A stretch of DNA of 63,568 nucleotides, filler included, from Craspedostauros australis (Eukaryota): the NCBI GenBank assembly GCA_030167865.1. It is 17 parts of 17 records of this genome, joined end to end, with 100 filler letters (N's around TTAATTAATTAA, not from the genome) between each part and the next. Parts side by side here need not be neighbours in the genome. Positions count along the whole stretch, not along the records: positions 1 to 1,093 come from JALAGF010002026.1; positions 1,194 to 2,488 come from JALAGF010002027.1; positions 2,589 to 4,648 come from JALAGF010002028.1; positions 4,749 to 7,586 come from JALAGF010002029.1; positions 7,687 to 9,316 come from JALAGF010002030.1; positions 9,417 to 11,073 come from JALAGF010002031.1; positions 11,174 to 12,355 come from JALAGF010002032.1; 10 more parts are not named here. One strand, given 5' to 3'. Each line of letters opens with the position of its first letter. The stretch's first letter is position 1. Below the pieces are notes generated by a model. It did no database searches. It was not told the DNA's origin and worked only from the letters and a program-made list of their open reading frames with translations. The position numbers and the translations under genes are program-made. This document shows, one piece after another, positions 1-12,455 of the stretch.

Positions 1-1093
1 TTAGAGTATTGGAGATGTGATGATCTAGGTCTGTGGCAGCCGAGGTGCCTCCATCAGCATCTGTCATCATACGGAAGTACGTATACCAACAAGCGAGTTT
101 GCAAAAGCTGAACACAACAAAGCCAACTAAAAATACGCAAAAATACTAACTTCGACCAATTCGCGCTGTCATTATTTGTATTTTGGCACATTTCTGACAG
201 CTGCATCATCCAAAACATAAGAAAATTAACAATTATGAACGCTTCCGAACACCTGATGTGACGTCACGATACAGAATTGCGGGAAGACATCCACGAACAG
301 AGGGGAGGGACAGAACGCACCGTGGATAAAAACCTGTCGGATCGACACACAGAATGGTATCGCATTCTGCTGTCGTGGTACCTGGCACTGTCAGAGANCA
401 GTGNCGAGNNNGNGAGTTTCGAAGGAAGGAAGANTCACTAAAAACAGGCANTTTGGTTACCGCAACCCCCACTTTTGATGACGTCGTTGGTGTCTCAACA
501 CATGTCGCAAAAAAGATAAGTGGAAATCATTTCACAACGGAGGAATATTATATTATAGTATACCACACGAGCTTGGTGCCAATAGTTCATTCTCGAGCGT
601 CCAGGCCTCGACCGTCACAGGAACGTGCGTTCCGGGGGTCTTCTGGATGTTGTTGCGCATTGTCGAAATTACTTTTGCGAGGTAAATCGCAGCCACCGAT
701 CCAGCCGCTGCCATCGTGTGCGAGTGACGCGATAACAACACCCATACTTACCTTAGACATGCTTGTTCTTGATCAACAAGGAGAATAGCAGAACGGAGGA
801 GCTGGTCAATACACGGATGAAACACTCCAGACTGTACGTGATCCCGTTCCACTTGGTGCACTAGTACCAAGTCTGTCTATAATTTTTGACTAGGTGTTTT
901 TGCGCTTGTCGCAGAATGCCGCCCTCCCCACACACACACCAACACAACACCCCCCAATCATCCACCACATCCTTGTGGCAAGGTATGGTAGGTCGTATGG
1001 TATAGTACGACCATGTACTCATAGTATTACCACACTTCCACAACCCTTCTATCCCATTCCAATACAACACACGTTGGTGAATACGTTTGCGCC

Positions 1094-1193
1094 NNNNNNN
1101 NNNNNNNNNNNNNNNNNNNNNNNNNNNNNNNNNNNNNTTAATTAATTAANNNNNNNNNNNNNNNNNNNNNNNNNNNNNNNNNNNNNNNNNNNN
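1094..1193. other. Artificial contig-joining spacer (N44-TTAATTAATTAA-N44), first of 16
   Basis: Identical 100-nt spacers with stops in all six frames at 1094, 2489, 4649, 7587, 9317, 11074, 12356, 14402, 34743, 49133, 52256, 53840, 55235, 57087, 58637 and 60356. They define 17 contigs. Confidence 0.97.
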
Positions 1194-2588
1194 GGAGATC
1201 GGCGGCAACAGCTCAACGGTCGCTCATTGGTGCATACGTGGTTGTGATTGGAGAATGTATGTGCAACTGTATGCGATATTTATTTTGGCGAATGAGTGAG
1301 TGTGACGCAGCGCCAACACAACGAGAGAGCAAGTGCAAGAGAGAGAGAGAGAGAGCAACAAGTGCTACATCAATCCGTCTGTCCATTCATTCTCTATTGA
1401 TTTTTACTTTTTATTCTCATCGATTGTAGCCTCAATTTCTCATCATTTGCCTTGGCATCGTGAGAGACGATCGAGTGTGTAATGATTACTTCCCTGGTGG
1501 CCGAACGCAACANGGTAGAATACAATCGATCTGTTCTTCGTTGGCTGCCATTTGGAGTTGTGTTGGCTGTCGGCGCCGATCGTCTCAGATGCGACGATTG
1601 AAGNATCCGCAGTGAATGGGNAAGAGNANAGTNGTTGGGCGTGCGATGTGTGATGTGTGATGTGAGTTCACTGCGGCAGACGTTCTGTCCTGCCTGTTGT
1701 TGTCGGTTGGTGTGGGACGCTGGATCGTTGGTACACGAATCCATCATTGGTGATCTCGTCGTGTTGTTTTCTTGATTTTCGGACATACTTTGGCTCTTCG
1801 TTGTTCGTTTGTTAAATGTAGTTTGTCCTTGTGAGCAACAAACGACATTTGCACTTAACCATTGACGATTCCCATCCAATCAGATTCGACCGAAGTGCGC
1901 CAATTTCACACCCACATTTTCGATCAAGACAACAAAACTGGATCGGGCATCGACCAAGGCATGCAGTGTATTGTCGAGTATGAGACAAGTAGACGACGCC
2001 AAGTCGATCTTCGAACCATGATGGAACCACAAAAGCGCAGCGCTCACAATGGTGCAGGAGCGTGTCCGTAGTTTCACATATTTCGGGAGCCGCTGCAATT
2101 TGTCCACTGCCGTCGCTGATCGTCAATTCTGTTGCTTGAGTCGTTGGCCTCGTGATGCCAAGCGGTAGGAAATCATGCCCCGCACCATCTCCAGCATCCG
2201 CGTCATCCGCAAACCTGCGCAACCTGATGTATGAATGTCATGTTCATCTCCTTCCATTGGTGGAATTCGAAAAGGCCAACACCACACGGATCCGCGAGCA
2301 ATTGAAAGTCAACAAACTGTCTGCCGGAGTCCGGAGCCCTCGCAAGAGGATTGCGAGCAACATCAATTCGGAGCGTGTAGATCGCTCAGGCCCAACCTCC
2401 CCTTTCCCATCAGCCAAACACCATACAGTATTGAGCAATATGAATGGTTGATGCAACTGGAATGGCATAGACTCACCTCAATCGCGGCNNNNNNNNNNNN
2501 NNNNNNNNNNNNNNNNNNNNNNNNNNNNNNNNTTAATTAATTAANNNNNNNNNNNNNNNNNNNNNNNNNNNNNNNNNNNNNNNNNNNN

Positions 2589-3900
2589 CCCGCATGACCT
2601 GGCTCAAGCATGGCACATTCAGCCTGCCACCCCATGATGCTCGTTGTCACGATCAAAGGCTGAGCATAGCGTATTGCTGAGTCTCACAGCTGCAGTCACT
2701 GTCACGCTCGCTCTTGACACCATCAACTGCGATGTTCTCACATCCCACGACGCATACACACATCTCACAGCCCGCATGACCTGGCTCAAGCATGGCACAT
2801 GCAGCCTGCCACTCCATGATGCTCATTGTCACGATCAAAGGGTGAGCATAGCGTATTGCTGAGTCTCACAGCTGCAGTCACTGTCATGCTCGCTCTTGAC
2901 ACCATCAACTACAATACTCTCACTTCTCACAAATCGCATTCACACGTTGCATAGCCCCCTGGACACGACGCAAGAGTGGCACATGCGAACAGCTACTCAG
3001 TGATGCTCGTTACCACACACAACAGATGACCATGATGGATCACAGATCTCACCAATGCAGTCACTTCTGGCCTCCCCCTCAGCATCATCAACAGCATCTA
3101 TTACACATCCCATAATGCATACGCACGTCACATATCCCCCCATGACATGATACATCCGCAACACCTACGGTCGGATACTCCATGATGCTCGTTAGCACAC
3201 TCAATGGATGACCATGATGGATTACAAAGCCTTGCCAATGCAGTCACTGTTGGCCTCCCTCTCTCAACACTGTCAACAGCATCTATCACACAACCAACAA
3301 TGATCACACACTTTGTGGGTGCCTCTGGACATGGTAGGCGAGTGGCACACTAGTTCAGCTACTCCATGATGATCTTTGACACAATCAATGAAGGACCATG
3401 ATGGATCACAGATTTCACCAATGCAGCCACTGCCAGTCCCCCTCTCAACACAATCAACTACGATACTCGCACAACCAACAATACATACACACTCCATCGA
3501 CGTCTCTGGACATTGTGCAAGCGTTTCACGTTGGACTGGCTACTCCATGATGCTTGTTGGTACGCACAGATATTCACTACTGCACGCACATTCTCACTGT
3601 CTTTCCACATGCAAAAACAAAGGCCACAACGAGCATATCTCACACAACCAACAATGAACACACTGTCCATGAATGTCTCTGTACATGGTACAAGCATTGC
3701 ACATCAGACTGGCTGATCCATGGTGCTGGTTGGTACGCACAAACATTCGCCATTTCACAGGCATTCTCACTGCCACGGACAGATGCAAAACAAAGGCCAC
3801 AACAAGCACCCTGCTGATTCTTGGCCACGCAACCACGTTAAGGAGGGCCTATGTGACACCACGCAAGCCTGGGACGCGAGATGGCCACTCCTCAACACTT
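2589..3900. repeat. Degenerate tandem repeat, ~182-bp unit, about 7 copies
   Basis: CCCGCATGACCTGGCTCAAGCATGGCAC recurs at 2589 and 2771. An (A)CTCCATGATGCTC-like anchor recurs near 2632, 2814, 2998, 3180, 3364, 3545 and 3718, with identity falling left to right. Confidence 0.8.
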
Positions 3901-4749
3901 GTTGATCAGGTGTGACACAAGAGCTAGCGCTAAGTCGCGAACAGCCGTTATTTTGCCGTTTAGAAATTGGACTCATTCGACTCAATCCAGTCAGTCATGC
4001 GTAATTTAACGACCACCGTTATTGAATCACGGTCATCCCCGCACTCACGTGATCCAAAAGTCAGCTTCAAAGTCGATCGTGTCGAAAGTTCGACCAGTCT
4101 GACTGACTATAACGTCTGCCATAACGGTAACCAGTCAGCTGTTGATTCAATTCGCCGTTTGTCGTCGCGACACAAAGAGAACTGTCAGAACCCGCCGCCG
4201 ATAAGTGTTGTGAGTCACGGTGTCCGTGCGACGAACAACGGCGTCACATCCGTACATAACCATGGAGAACCGCAGAAGCGAAAATGTTGTTGTCACACAT
4301 CACCAAAGGAGAAATTGTGAACACGCGAACTTAACGTTGACGATCCTCAACGAATGTCAGTGTGAATCACAGGTCATTGTGAGTTCGTGCGTGACACGAA
4401 GGGGCTTCGTCTGAACGGTACTCACGCACGCTTGTTTTATAATTAATTTAATTGAAACGACAATGGCTTGGAAACATCTTTGGCATGTCCGATCAATAAC
4501 AACCTTTGTCGTGTGCGACGCCATGAGCTCTGGGAGGTCCGGGAATGGCATTCATCACTCCCATTTGTGGCTACGTCGTCCACCGTGCAAAAAGTACTGG
4601 AATGGGTGCTTCCTTGCCTCATGTGGGATTTCGCATCTAACACGTACANNNNNNNNNNNNNNNNNNNNNNNNNNNNNNNNNNNNNNNNNNNNTTAATTAA
4701 TTAANNNNNNNNNNNNNNNNNNNNNNNNNNNNNNNNNNNNNNNNNNNNC

Positions 4750-5001
4750 CGCCGTGCCGAGATGGGCTTCGTTGAGCCACAGGCCGTCCCAGTCGACCAG
4801 GCTGGACTCATGCGTGAGAACTACACCCCAGGTGACATCGGTTTCGATCCACTTGGCCTCAAGCCAGAGGACCCAGAGGAGCTTGCCATCATGCAGACCA
4901 AGGAGCTCCAGAACGGACGTCTTGCCATGCTCGCCGCCGCCGGTTTCATCGCCCAGGAGCTTGTCGATGGAAAGGGAATCATTGAGCACTTCACCGCCTA
5001 A
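4750..5001 (+). CDS. LHCX: Light-harvesting complex protein, LHCX/LI818-type fucoxanthin-chlorophyll a/c binding protein (3' fragment, 5' end cut by contig edge)
   Basis: RRAEMGFVEPQAVPVDQAGLMRENYTPGDIGFDPLGLKP...MQTKELQNGRLAMLAAAGFIAQELVDGKGIIEH contains the FDPLG and ELQNGRLAM helix-3 motifs. The G[FW]VEP..P....GL.R..Y.PGD segment is typical of diatom LHCX. Confidence 0.9.
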   Translation, partial: RRAEMGFVEPQAVPVDQAGLMRENYTPGDIGFDPLGLKPEDPEELAIMQTKELQNGRLAMLAAAGFIAQELVDGKGIIEHFTA

Positions 5002-6684
5002 ATGGTTTGATCGTGCTCTGCTCTGGAGTATTCCACGACATTCCCTCTACCACCAAGTCAAGCCAAGCGGATTATGCATCGCTGCTTAATCATGAAGCAG
5101 TGATATTGATCCGATGAGAGATGCTTGCATTCCAATACACCCGCACCACACCAATACAGAGACTAAATTTAACCTTTTTCTTTTTCAATCAATCAATCAA
5201 CTATCACAAGTGTCCGATACTGATACGACCAAATTCTCTTCTCTGCCTTCAGTGCGCTGCGACACCTAGCAATCACTATGGCATGTGTATCGACATGTCG
5301 CAATACATGAACCGACGCATGCTGTGCTCTCCCAGAATTGACGCACAGCGGAGCATCGTGCGGACCAACGATGTTATCTCGCGGCTCTACTGCGATTCGT
5401 CAAAACGGAGCACATGGCACATGAACGGAGCAAGACTATCTCATTCATGGATCTTGAACACTCCCCAACTTCCTCCCTTTGTTGAAGAACAGAGTTGCAC
5501 ACATTCAATCCAAATCAAACCGTCCATCTTGCGATTCGACTTGTGTCGCAAGTCTGCATTGAATGTCGGCGTAGCTTCGTTAGTGAGTTGTGCAAGAATG
5601 CTCTGCCACACCATCGAATCGAGTACTTTCCTGAAAGGTTGACGGAATGCAAGTCGATGGATGCAGCAAGGCAGCACAACCGAACGACACAATCTATTGG
5701 CATCGGAATGATTTGGCAAGCAGACATCATCTCAAAAAGCCGTGTGTCGCCTGACGATGTTTTCCACGAGTCCAATCTCGAGCTGTCTTTGCAATTGAAG
5801 TTGGTAGCCTTGCTGGCATTAGAGCGGAGCCGAAAGTTGAGCAACTTCCTCGCCCGTCGATAGTTGGGGCCAACTATTGTGGAATAAGTTGCCATGCCAA
5901 GATCATGATATTCACAATGGATAGCAACAAAGAAATCGCTGTGCGGGTTCAGTCTACGCACACGATGATAACGTCAACATGGCAGTTCTCGACAACGCAA
6001 AAGACGCTTTGAGGGTGCCGACCTCGCCAACTCTTCATCACAGAACAACTACTATACCCCACTATGCATCGCTCGTCGCAGCGGTAGGTCCCTGGCGATC
6101 GTCCAGTCCGTGGTCTCATGCCATTCCTCTACTCGTACATGTTGCTGCCATCGTCGCTGAACGAGGACTATTGTGGCGAAGCCATTTTTTCGTCGATTGG
6201 ATTTCGTGGGGATTGTCGTCTCTGCTTCAGACATCTGTTGTGGTCGCCTCGCGCTCAATGCGACAGAAGCCACATCGAACAACTTGGGAAGATATCTGCG
6301 TGTGTCAAACGCCTGCAACGGTCGCGGTCGCAAACCAATTACGATTCGTGGTTGGGGGAAACTTTGGATCCGATTTCGAGTCACACAAATTTGTTGCTGG
6401 TCACCACATCCAGAGCTTCACAAGGCGATGGAGCGTGGTCACCACCAATAGGAACGTTCGGCGCGAAGGTTCCGCCGCGTGCTGACGAGTGATCCTCCAG
6501 GGTGCCAACCATTGCATGTCGCCCAGTATCACACTCATCTGTGTCGGACAGTGTGAATGTTGCTGAAGCAGATCCAACAACCACAAAGATCACAAATGAT
6601 CGCTTTCACCAAAAGGCGGCTCAAGGGTCACAATTCCGAGAAACCGAAAAGACGAAGCAACCCACCACCCACAAACTCACAACC

Positions 6685-7586
6685 ATGCCAACCATGAAGA
6701 AGGAACTCCTCGCCCTGGTCATCGGCCAGAGCCTCATGGCCAACGGCGTCGAATCGATGAGTGGTACGAACGGCGCCGCTCCAAGCATCGACAACCACGA
6801 GGAGAGGCGCGTGGCGCGCAAACAGAGGATTGCCAACGCAAAAGCTGGGCTCCGAGACGGACTTGGTACGTTCCCTTCCGCCAGGTCCTTGGAAAAGACT
6901 GATGGTGCCATTGCCAAGCCGCAGAGCAGCACCAAGGGAAGCAACGTCCGGCATCCACGTGCATCTTCCTCCACCAGCGACAGCGCCGCTACCAGCAACA
7001 ACAAATACACCGATCTCGGTCGTCTCGGAAGCGTCGCTGGCAACGGTGATGACAGCGTGTCACAGGATCCCGTTCAGTTGGCTCGTCGTCAGAAGGAGAT
7101 CGAAGCACACTCTGAAGGTGCCCGTCAACTCAAATCATCGAAGTCGTCGAAATCCTCCAAATCTTCCAAATCGCTCAAGTCCCTCAAATCCTTCAAGGAC
7201 TTCGATTCATGCTTCACGGGAACGGTGGCAGAAGTCGCCGCGAGCTGTGCAGCCGCCGGCGCCGAATGCTGCGAGGCACCCGTCGATGCTAGCGGACCAG
7301 CATGCGTATGGACCGACAACCAGACCGTCACCGTTTGCCCGTACTCTTGCAACGGATACGACGCATGCAACTTCCAAGAACACATAACAACGCCAATCCA
7401 GATTGCCCCCAACTCCTGCAATGGCAACAGCGCCTGCTTTTTTACGAATGTATCCATTCCGCTGGATTCTTGCAACGGTGTCTACGCCTGCACGTTCAAC
7501 TACGGGAGTCTGGGCGAGAGCACCTGCAACGGCTACTCTGCGTGCAGTACCAACTATGACACGATCGCTGATTTGTCTTGCAACGG
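6685..7586 (+). CDS. Secreted protein with RXL site, Lys/Ser KxxK tract and Cys-rich SCNG..AC repeats (3' truncated)
   Basis: ATG at 6685/6694 followed by a signal-like KELLALVIGQSLMANGVES. Then RQL-KSSKSSKSSKSSKSLKSLKSFK and repeated (S/T)CNGxxAC units, running into the spacer at 7587. Confidence 0.75.
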
Positions 7587-7686
7587 NNNNNNNNNNNNNN
7601 NNNNNNNNNNNNNNNNNNNNNNNNNNNNNNTTAATTAATTAANNNNNNNNNNNNNNNNNNNNNNNNNNNNNNNNNNNNNNNNNNNN

Positions 7687-9316
7687 TGCTGCTGCTGCTG
7701 GCGTCGTTGCCGCTTCTTGCTCTTGTCGGGACGGAACGTATAACATTCACCCACCACCGTGCTGAGGACAAACTGCATGCCAGCCACGAGACAATCCAAC
7801 TCCTCCTGCTTGTCCATCTCGATGCCCAGGAACTCGTCCCATTCGTTGGCGAATTTGTGCGCTCCACCGCCCGTGGCCCCCATGGTCTTGATGTTGAGAT
7901 GGAGGTTGTTGGCGCGGATGAGGTCGATGGCGTTGGACATGCGGCGCGTCTCGAAGCGAATGAAATGGAATTCTCCGCCGAGCTGTCGCGAATAGAAGGA
8001 GAGCTGATGGTCCTTGACGCCCTCGCGGTAGCTGTCCAGACGTCTGGCGAAGTGGTAAAAGCGATCCAAGGCTTCTTCACGGTTGCGCAGTTGGTTGCTG
8101 TGGAGGGATAGATCGACCATGGAACGAGATTTCTTGAGTCCGCTTCCCGTTTCATTCTCCGTTGGTTTCGTCGGAGTTCCTCGCCGAGGTTCTGCAATGT
8201 TGTGATGGTTTTGAATACCTTTGATGTCGTTGTCCCTGTCGTTGCCATCATCGTCGTTGTCGTTGTCTATATCCCACGATGGATCGTTGATGGAATCCGC
8301 GAAGTGGTTGAGGTCATCGGGGACAGACTCTTGCCGCAGCTGATACAGCGGGCGCAAATCATCATCCGAAGCTTGGGAATGCAACGGCACTCTCGGCTCA
8401 TTCCCGGCCATGTGCGCGTGTCCTCCTCCTGCCGCGGGCGCTGCAGAGCTGTTGGTAATGACGGAGGACCTCCGGCGTTCCTTATGTTGTGCCTGTTGCT
8501 GTCGTTGTGCCTGTTGCTGTGCCTGTGGTGAAGACGACGACGGTTGATGAGAAACATGCGGATCGTCCAGTTGATCATACATCGCCGCCTTGACTCTGCC
8601 CATGACACCCAGACTGACGGTGCGACGCCGTTGCAAGGTCGGTTTGATATGATCGGTCGCGTCGTCGTCGGGCACGATGTCGGCCGAACCGCGACGTGCC
8701 CGGAGGACCGCCTGCGCCGACGCCGCCTGATGGTAAGACCGCTCGCGAGTGGACAGGTGCGTGCGATCCGACAGCACCATGGATTTGTAATCGGTGGGAC
8801 CACGCTGCTGCTCAAAGTAGACGAGCTTGGCCAAGGTGCCGCCGACGTCCATGCCGAAGATGCTGCCGATGCAGAAGTTGGATTTGTCTTTGGCATGCAC
8901 GTCGTCCCGCTGCGGTTGTGCGGCATCGTCGCGTTCCTGCGTCGAGGACAGGGAGGACAGCGACGCTGTGGATTGGCTGCCGTGCATCGCATCGCCATCC
9001 CCGTTGACGCCCTGGAAGACGCTGTTGACCTTCTTGCGTATGGTCTCCCACGGCCAATGCGATCTGCGCGGCAGCTCTCCGATCCTGGACTTGATATCAT
9101 CCACGCTCTTCATCCACCAGGTGGTGTTGTCGCCATCGCTGAGGACTTCCGCAGTGACTTCATCCTCCTCCGTCTGTCCGTGGCTGAGCTGCTCTTCGAT
9201 CCCCTGACGGATTTTGCGCTGCAGCTGCGCACCGAACCAGGCCAGCGAGACCGTGGCTGCGCCTGCCGCAAAGGAGATGAGGCAGGGGATCAGGATGTTG
9301 CTCGCGCTGCCATTGC
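7687..9316 (-). CDS. PANK: Type II (eukaryotic) pantothenate kinase, N-terminal part, allele 1 (both ends truncated)
   Basis: FGMDVGGTLAKLVYFE (DxGGT), GGEFHFIRFETRRM, ATGGGAHKF and EELDCLVAGMQF. The frame is open to the contig edge and includes a hydrophobic segment ILIPCLISFAAGAATVSLAWFG. Confidence 0.88.
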
Positions 9317-9416
9317 NNNNNNNNNNNNNNNNNNNNNNNNNNNNNNNNNNNNNNNNNNNNTTAATTAATTAANNNNNNNNNNNNNNNNNNNNNNNNNNNN
9401 NNNNNNNNNNNNNNNN

Positions 9417-11073
9417 TGCTGCTGCTGCTGGCGTCGTTGCCGCTTCTTGCTCTTGTCGGGACGGAACGTATAACATTCACCCACCACCGTGCTGAGGACA
9501 AACTGCATGCCAGCCACGAGACAATCCAACTCCTCCTGCTTGTCCATCTCGATGCCCAGGAACTCGTCCCATTCGTTGGCGAATTTGTGCGCTCCACCGC
9601 CCGTGGCCCCCATGGTCTTGATGTTGAGATGGAGGTTGTTGGCGCGGATGAGGTCGATGGCGTTGGACATGCGGCGCGTCTCGAAGCGAATGAAATGGAA
9701 TTCTCCGCCGAGCTGTCGCGAATAGAAGGAGAGCTGATGGTCCTTGACGCCCTCGCGGTAGCTGTCCAGACGTCTGGCGAAGTGGTAAAAGCGATCCAAG
9801 GCTTCTTCACGGTTGCGCAGTTGGTTGCTGTGGAGGGATAGATCGACCATGGAACGAGATTTCTTGAGTCCGCTTCCCGTTTCATTCTCCGTTGGTTTCG
9901 TCGGAGTTCCTCGCCGAGGTTCTGCAATGTTGTGATGGTTTTGAATACCTTTGATGTCGTTGTCCCTGTCGTTGCCATCATCGTCGTTGTCGTTGTCTAT
10001 ATCCCACGATGGATCGTTGATGGAATCCGCGAAGTGGTTGAGGTCATCGGGGACAGACTCTTGCCGCAGCTGATACAGCGGGCGCAAATCATCATCCGAA
10101 GCTTGGGAGTGCAACGGCACTCTCGGCTCATTCCCGGGCATGTGCGCGTGTCCTCCTCCTGCCGTGGGCGCTGCAGAGCTGTTGGTAATGACGGAGGACC
10201 TCCGGCGTTCCTTATGCTGTTGCTGTTGCTGTACCTGTTGCTGTGCCTGTGGTGAAGATGACATTGATTTGGATGGCGATGTGGACGACGACGACGATGG
10301 TTGATGCGAAACATGCGGATCGTCCAGTTGATCATACATCGCCGCCTTGACTCTGCCCATGACACCGAGACTGACGGTGCGACGCCGTTGCAAGGTCGGT
10401 TTGATATGATCGGTCGCCTCCTCGTCGGGCACGATGTCGGCCGAACCGCGACGTGCCCGGAGGACCGCCTGCGCCGACGCCGCCTGATGGTAAGACCGCT
10501 CGCGAGTGGACAGGTGCGTGCGATCCGACAGCACCATGGATTTGTAATCGGTGGGACCACGCTGCTGCTCAAAGTAGACGAGCTTGGCCAAGGTGCCGCC
10601 GACGTCCATGCCGAAGATGCTGCCGATGCAGAAGTTGGATTTGTCTTTGGCATGCACGTCGTCCCGCTGCGGTTGTGCGGCATCGTCGCGTTCCTGCGTC
10701 GAGGACAGGGAGGACAGCGACGCTGTGGATTGGCTGCCGTGCATCGCATCGCCATCCCCGTTGACGCCCTGGAAGACGCTGTTGACCTTCTTGCGTATGG
10801 TCTCCCACGGCCAATGCGATCTGCGCGGCAGCTCTCCGATCCTGGACTTGATATCATCCACGCTCTTCATCCACCAGGTGGTGTTGTCGCCATCGCTGAG
10901 GACTTCCGCAGTGACTTCATCCTCCTCCGTCTGTCCGTGGCTGAGCTGCTCTTCGATCCCCTGACGGATTTTGCGCTGCAGCTGCGCACCGAACCAGGCC
11001 AGCGAGACCGTGGCTGCGCCTGCCGCAAAGGAGATGAGGCAGGGGATCAGGATGTTGCTCGCGCTGCCATTGC
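9417..11073 (-). CDS. PANK: Type II pantothenate kinase, N-terminal part, allele 2 (both ends truncated)
   Basis: Near-identical to 7687-9316 with the same ends. Differs by a few substitutions and a net 27-nt in-frame indel in the S/Q-rich linker. Confidence 0.88.
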
Positions 11074-11173
11074 NNNNNNNNNNNNNNNNNNNNNNNNNNN
11101 NNNNNNNNNNNNNNNNNTTAATTAATTAANNNNNNNNNNNNNNNNNNNNNNNNNNNNNNNNNNNNNNNNNNNN

Positions 11174-12355
11174 TCCCAAGCTTCGGATGATGATTTGCGC
11201 CCGCTGTATCAGCTGCGGCAAGAGTCTGTCCCCGATGACCTCAACCACTTCGCGGATTCCATCAACGATCCATCGTGGGATATAGACAACGACAACGACG
11301 ATGATGGCAACGACAGGGACAACGACATCAAAGGTATTCAAAACCATCACAACATTGCAGAACCTCGGCGAGGAACTCCGACGAAACCAACGGAGAATGA
11401 AACGGGAAGCGGACTCAAGAAATCTCGTTCCATGGTCGATCTATCCCTCCACAGCAACCAACTGCGCAACCGTGAAGAAGCCTTGGATCGCTTTTACCAC
11501 TTCGCCAGACGTCTGGACAGCTACCGCGAGGGCGTCAAGGACCATCAGCTCTCCTTCTATTCGCGACAGCTCGGCGGAGAATTCCATTTCATTCGCTTCG
11601 AGACGCGCCGCATGTCCAACGCCATCGACCTCATCCGCGCCAACAACCTCCATCTCAACATCAAGACCATGGGGGCCACGGGCGGTGGAGCGCACAAATT
11701 CGCCAACGAATGGGACGAGTTCCTGGGCATCGAGATGGACAAGCAGGAGGAGTTGGATTGTCTCGTGGCTGGCATGCAGTTTGTCCTCAGCACGGTGGTG
11801 GGTGAATGTTATACGTTCCGTCCCGACAAGAGCAAGAAGCGGCAACGACGCCAGCAGCAGCAGCAGCAGTGTGGTGGGATCAAGTCGCCATCATCATCGC
11901 CAAAGAACGGCAACGACTTAGAGGAGAAAACGGATCTTCCGACCACAGTCGAAAGTGCAGACCTACGAACGTCGGTAAGCCGAATGACATTCCAAGAAAG
12001 CGATGCTGGCTTGTCAGCATCTCATAGTCAACAGCANCNGCAGCAACAGCAGCANCAGCAGCAACAACAACAGCAACANCACTCTTCAGAAGCAACCAAC
12101 GACACGACGACTGATCCACTCAATAATACAGCCAACCAAAATGAAAATGATCTCAGCGACAACGACGACGACGACGACGACGACGATGGCAGCAATGATG
12201 ACTCATCTGCTGATGAAACCCCCATCATGCAGAACAAGGCGGACGGCGGAGATGATTGGTGGTGGTCTCGTAAGGTGCAGAGAGACGCCATCTCGTACTC
12301 CTCCACGTATCCTTACCTCATCGTCACGATCGGAACAGGAGTGTCCATCCTGCGT
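11174..12355 (+). CDS. PANK: Type II pantothenate kinase, middle fragment (redundant contig)
   Basis: Starts as the reverse complement of 9417-10108. Matches the first 1182 nt of the 12456 contig apart from ambiguous bases. Ends in PYLIVTIGTGVSILR. Confidence 0.85.
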
Positions 12356-12455
12356 NNNNNNNNNNNNNNNNNNNNNNNNNNNNNNNNNNNNNNNNNNNNT
12401 TAATTAATTAANNNNNNNNNNNNNNNNNNNNNNNNNNNNNNNNNNNNNNNNNNNN

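Noticed and set aside
1138..1149. Recurring palindromic TTAATTAATTAA motif (16 copies) as a biological repeat or CRISPR-like array
   Set aside because: Always centred in exactly 44+44 Ns; it is an artificial six-frame-stop linker.
1..2488. Short ORFs in the first two contigs
   Set aside because: Ambiguous bases and no identifiable domains; a gene call cannot be supported.
2589..3900. CRISPR array
   Set aside because: The whole unit is repeated, there are no unique spacers or cas genes, and the context is eukaryotic.
5121..6490. Several 90-170 aa ORFs between LHCX and the Cys-rich gene
   Set aside because: No recognisable motifs or consistent coding strand.
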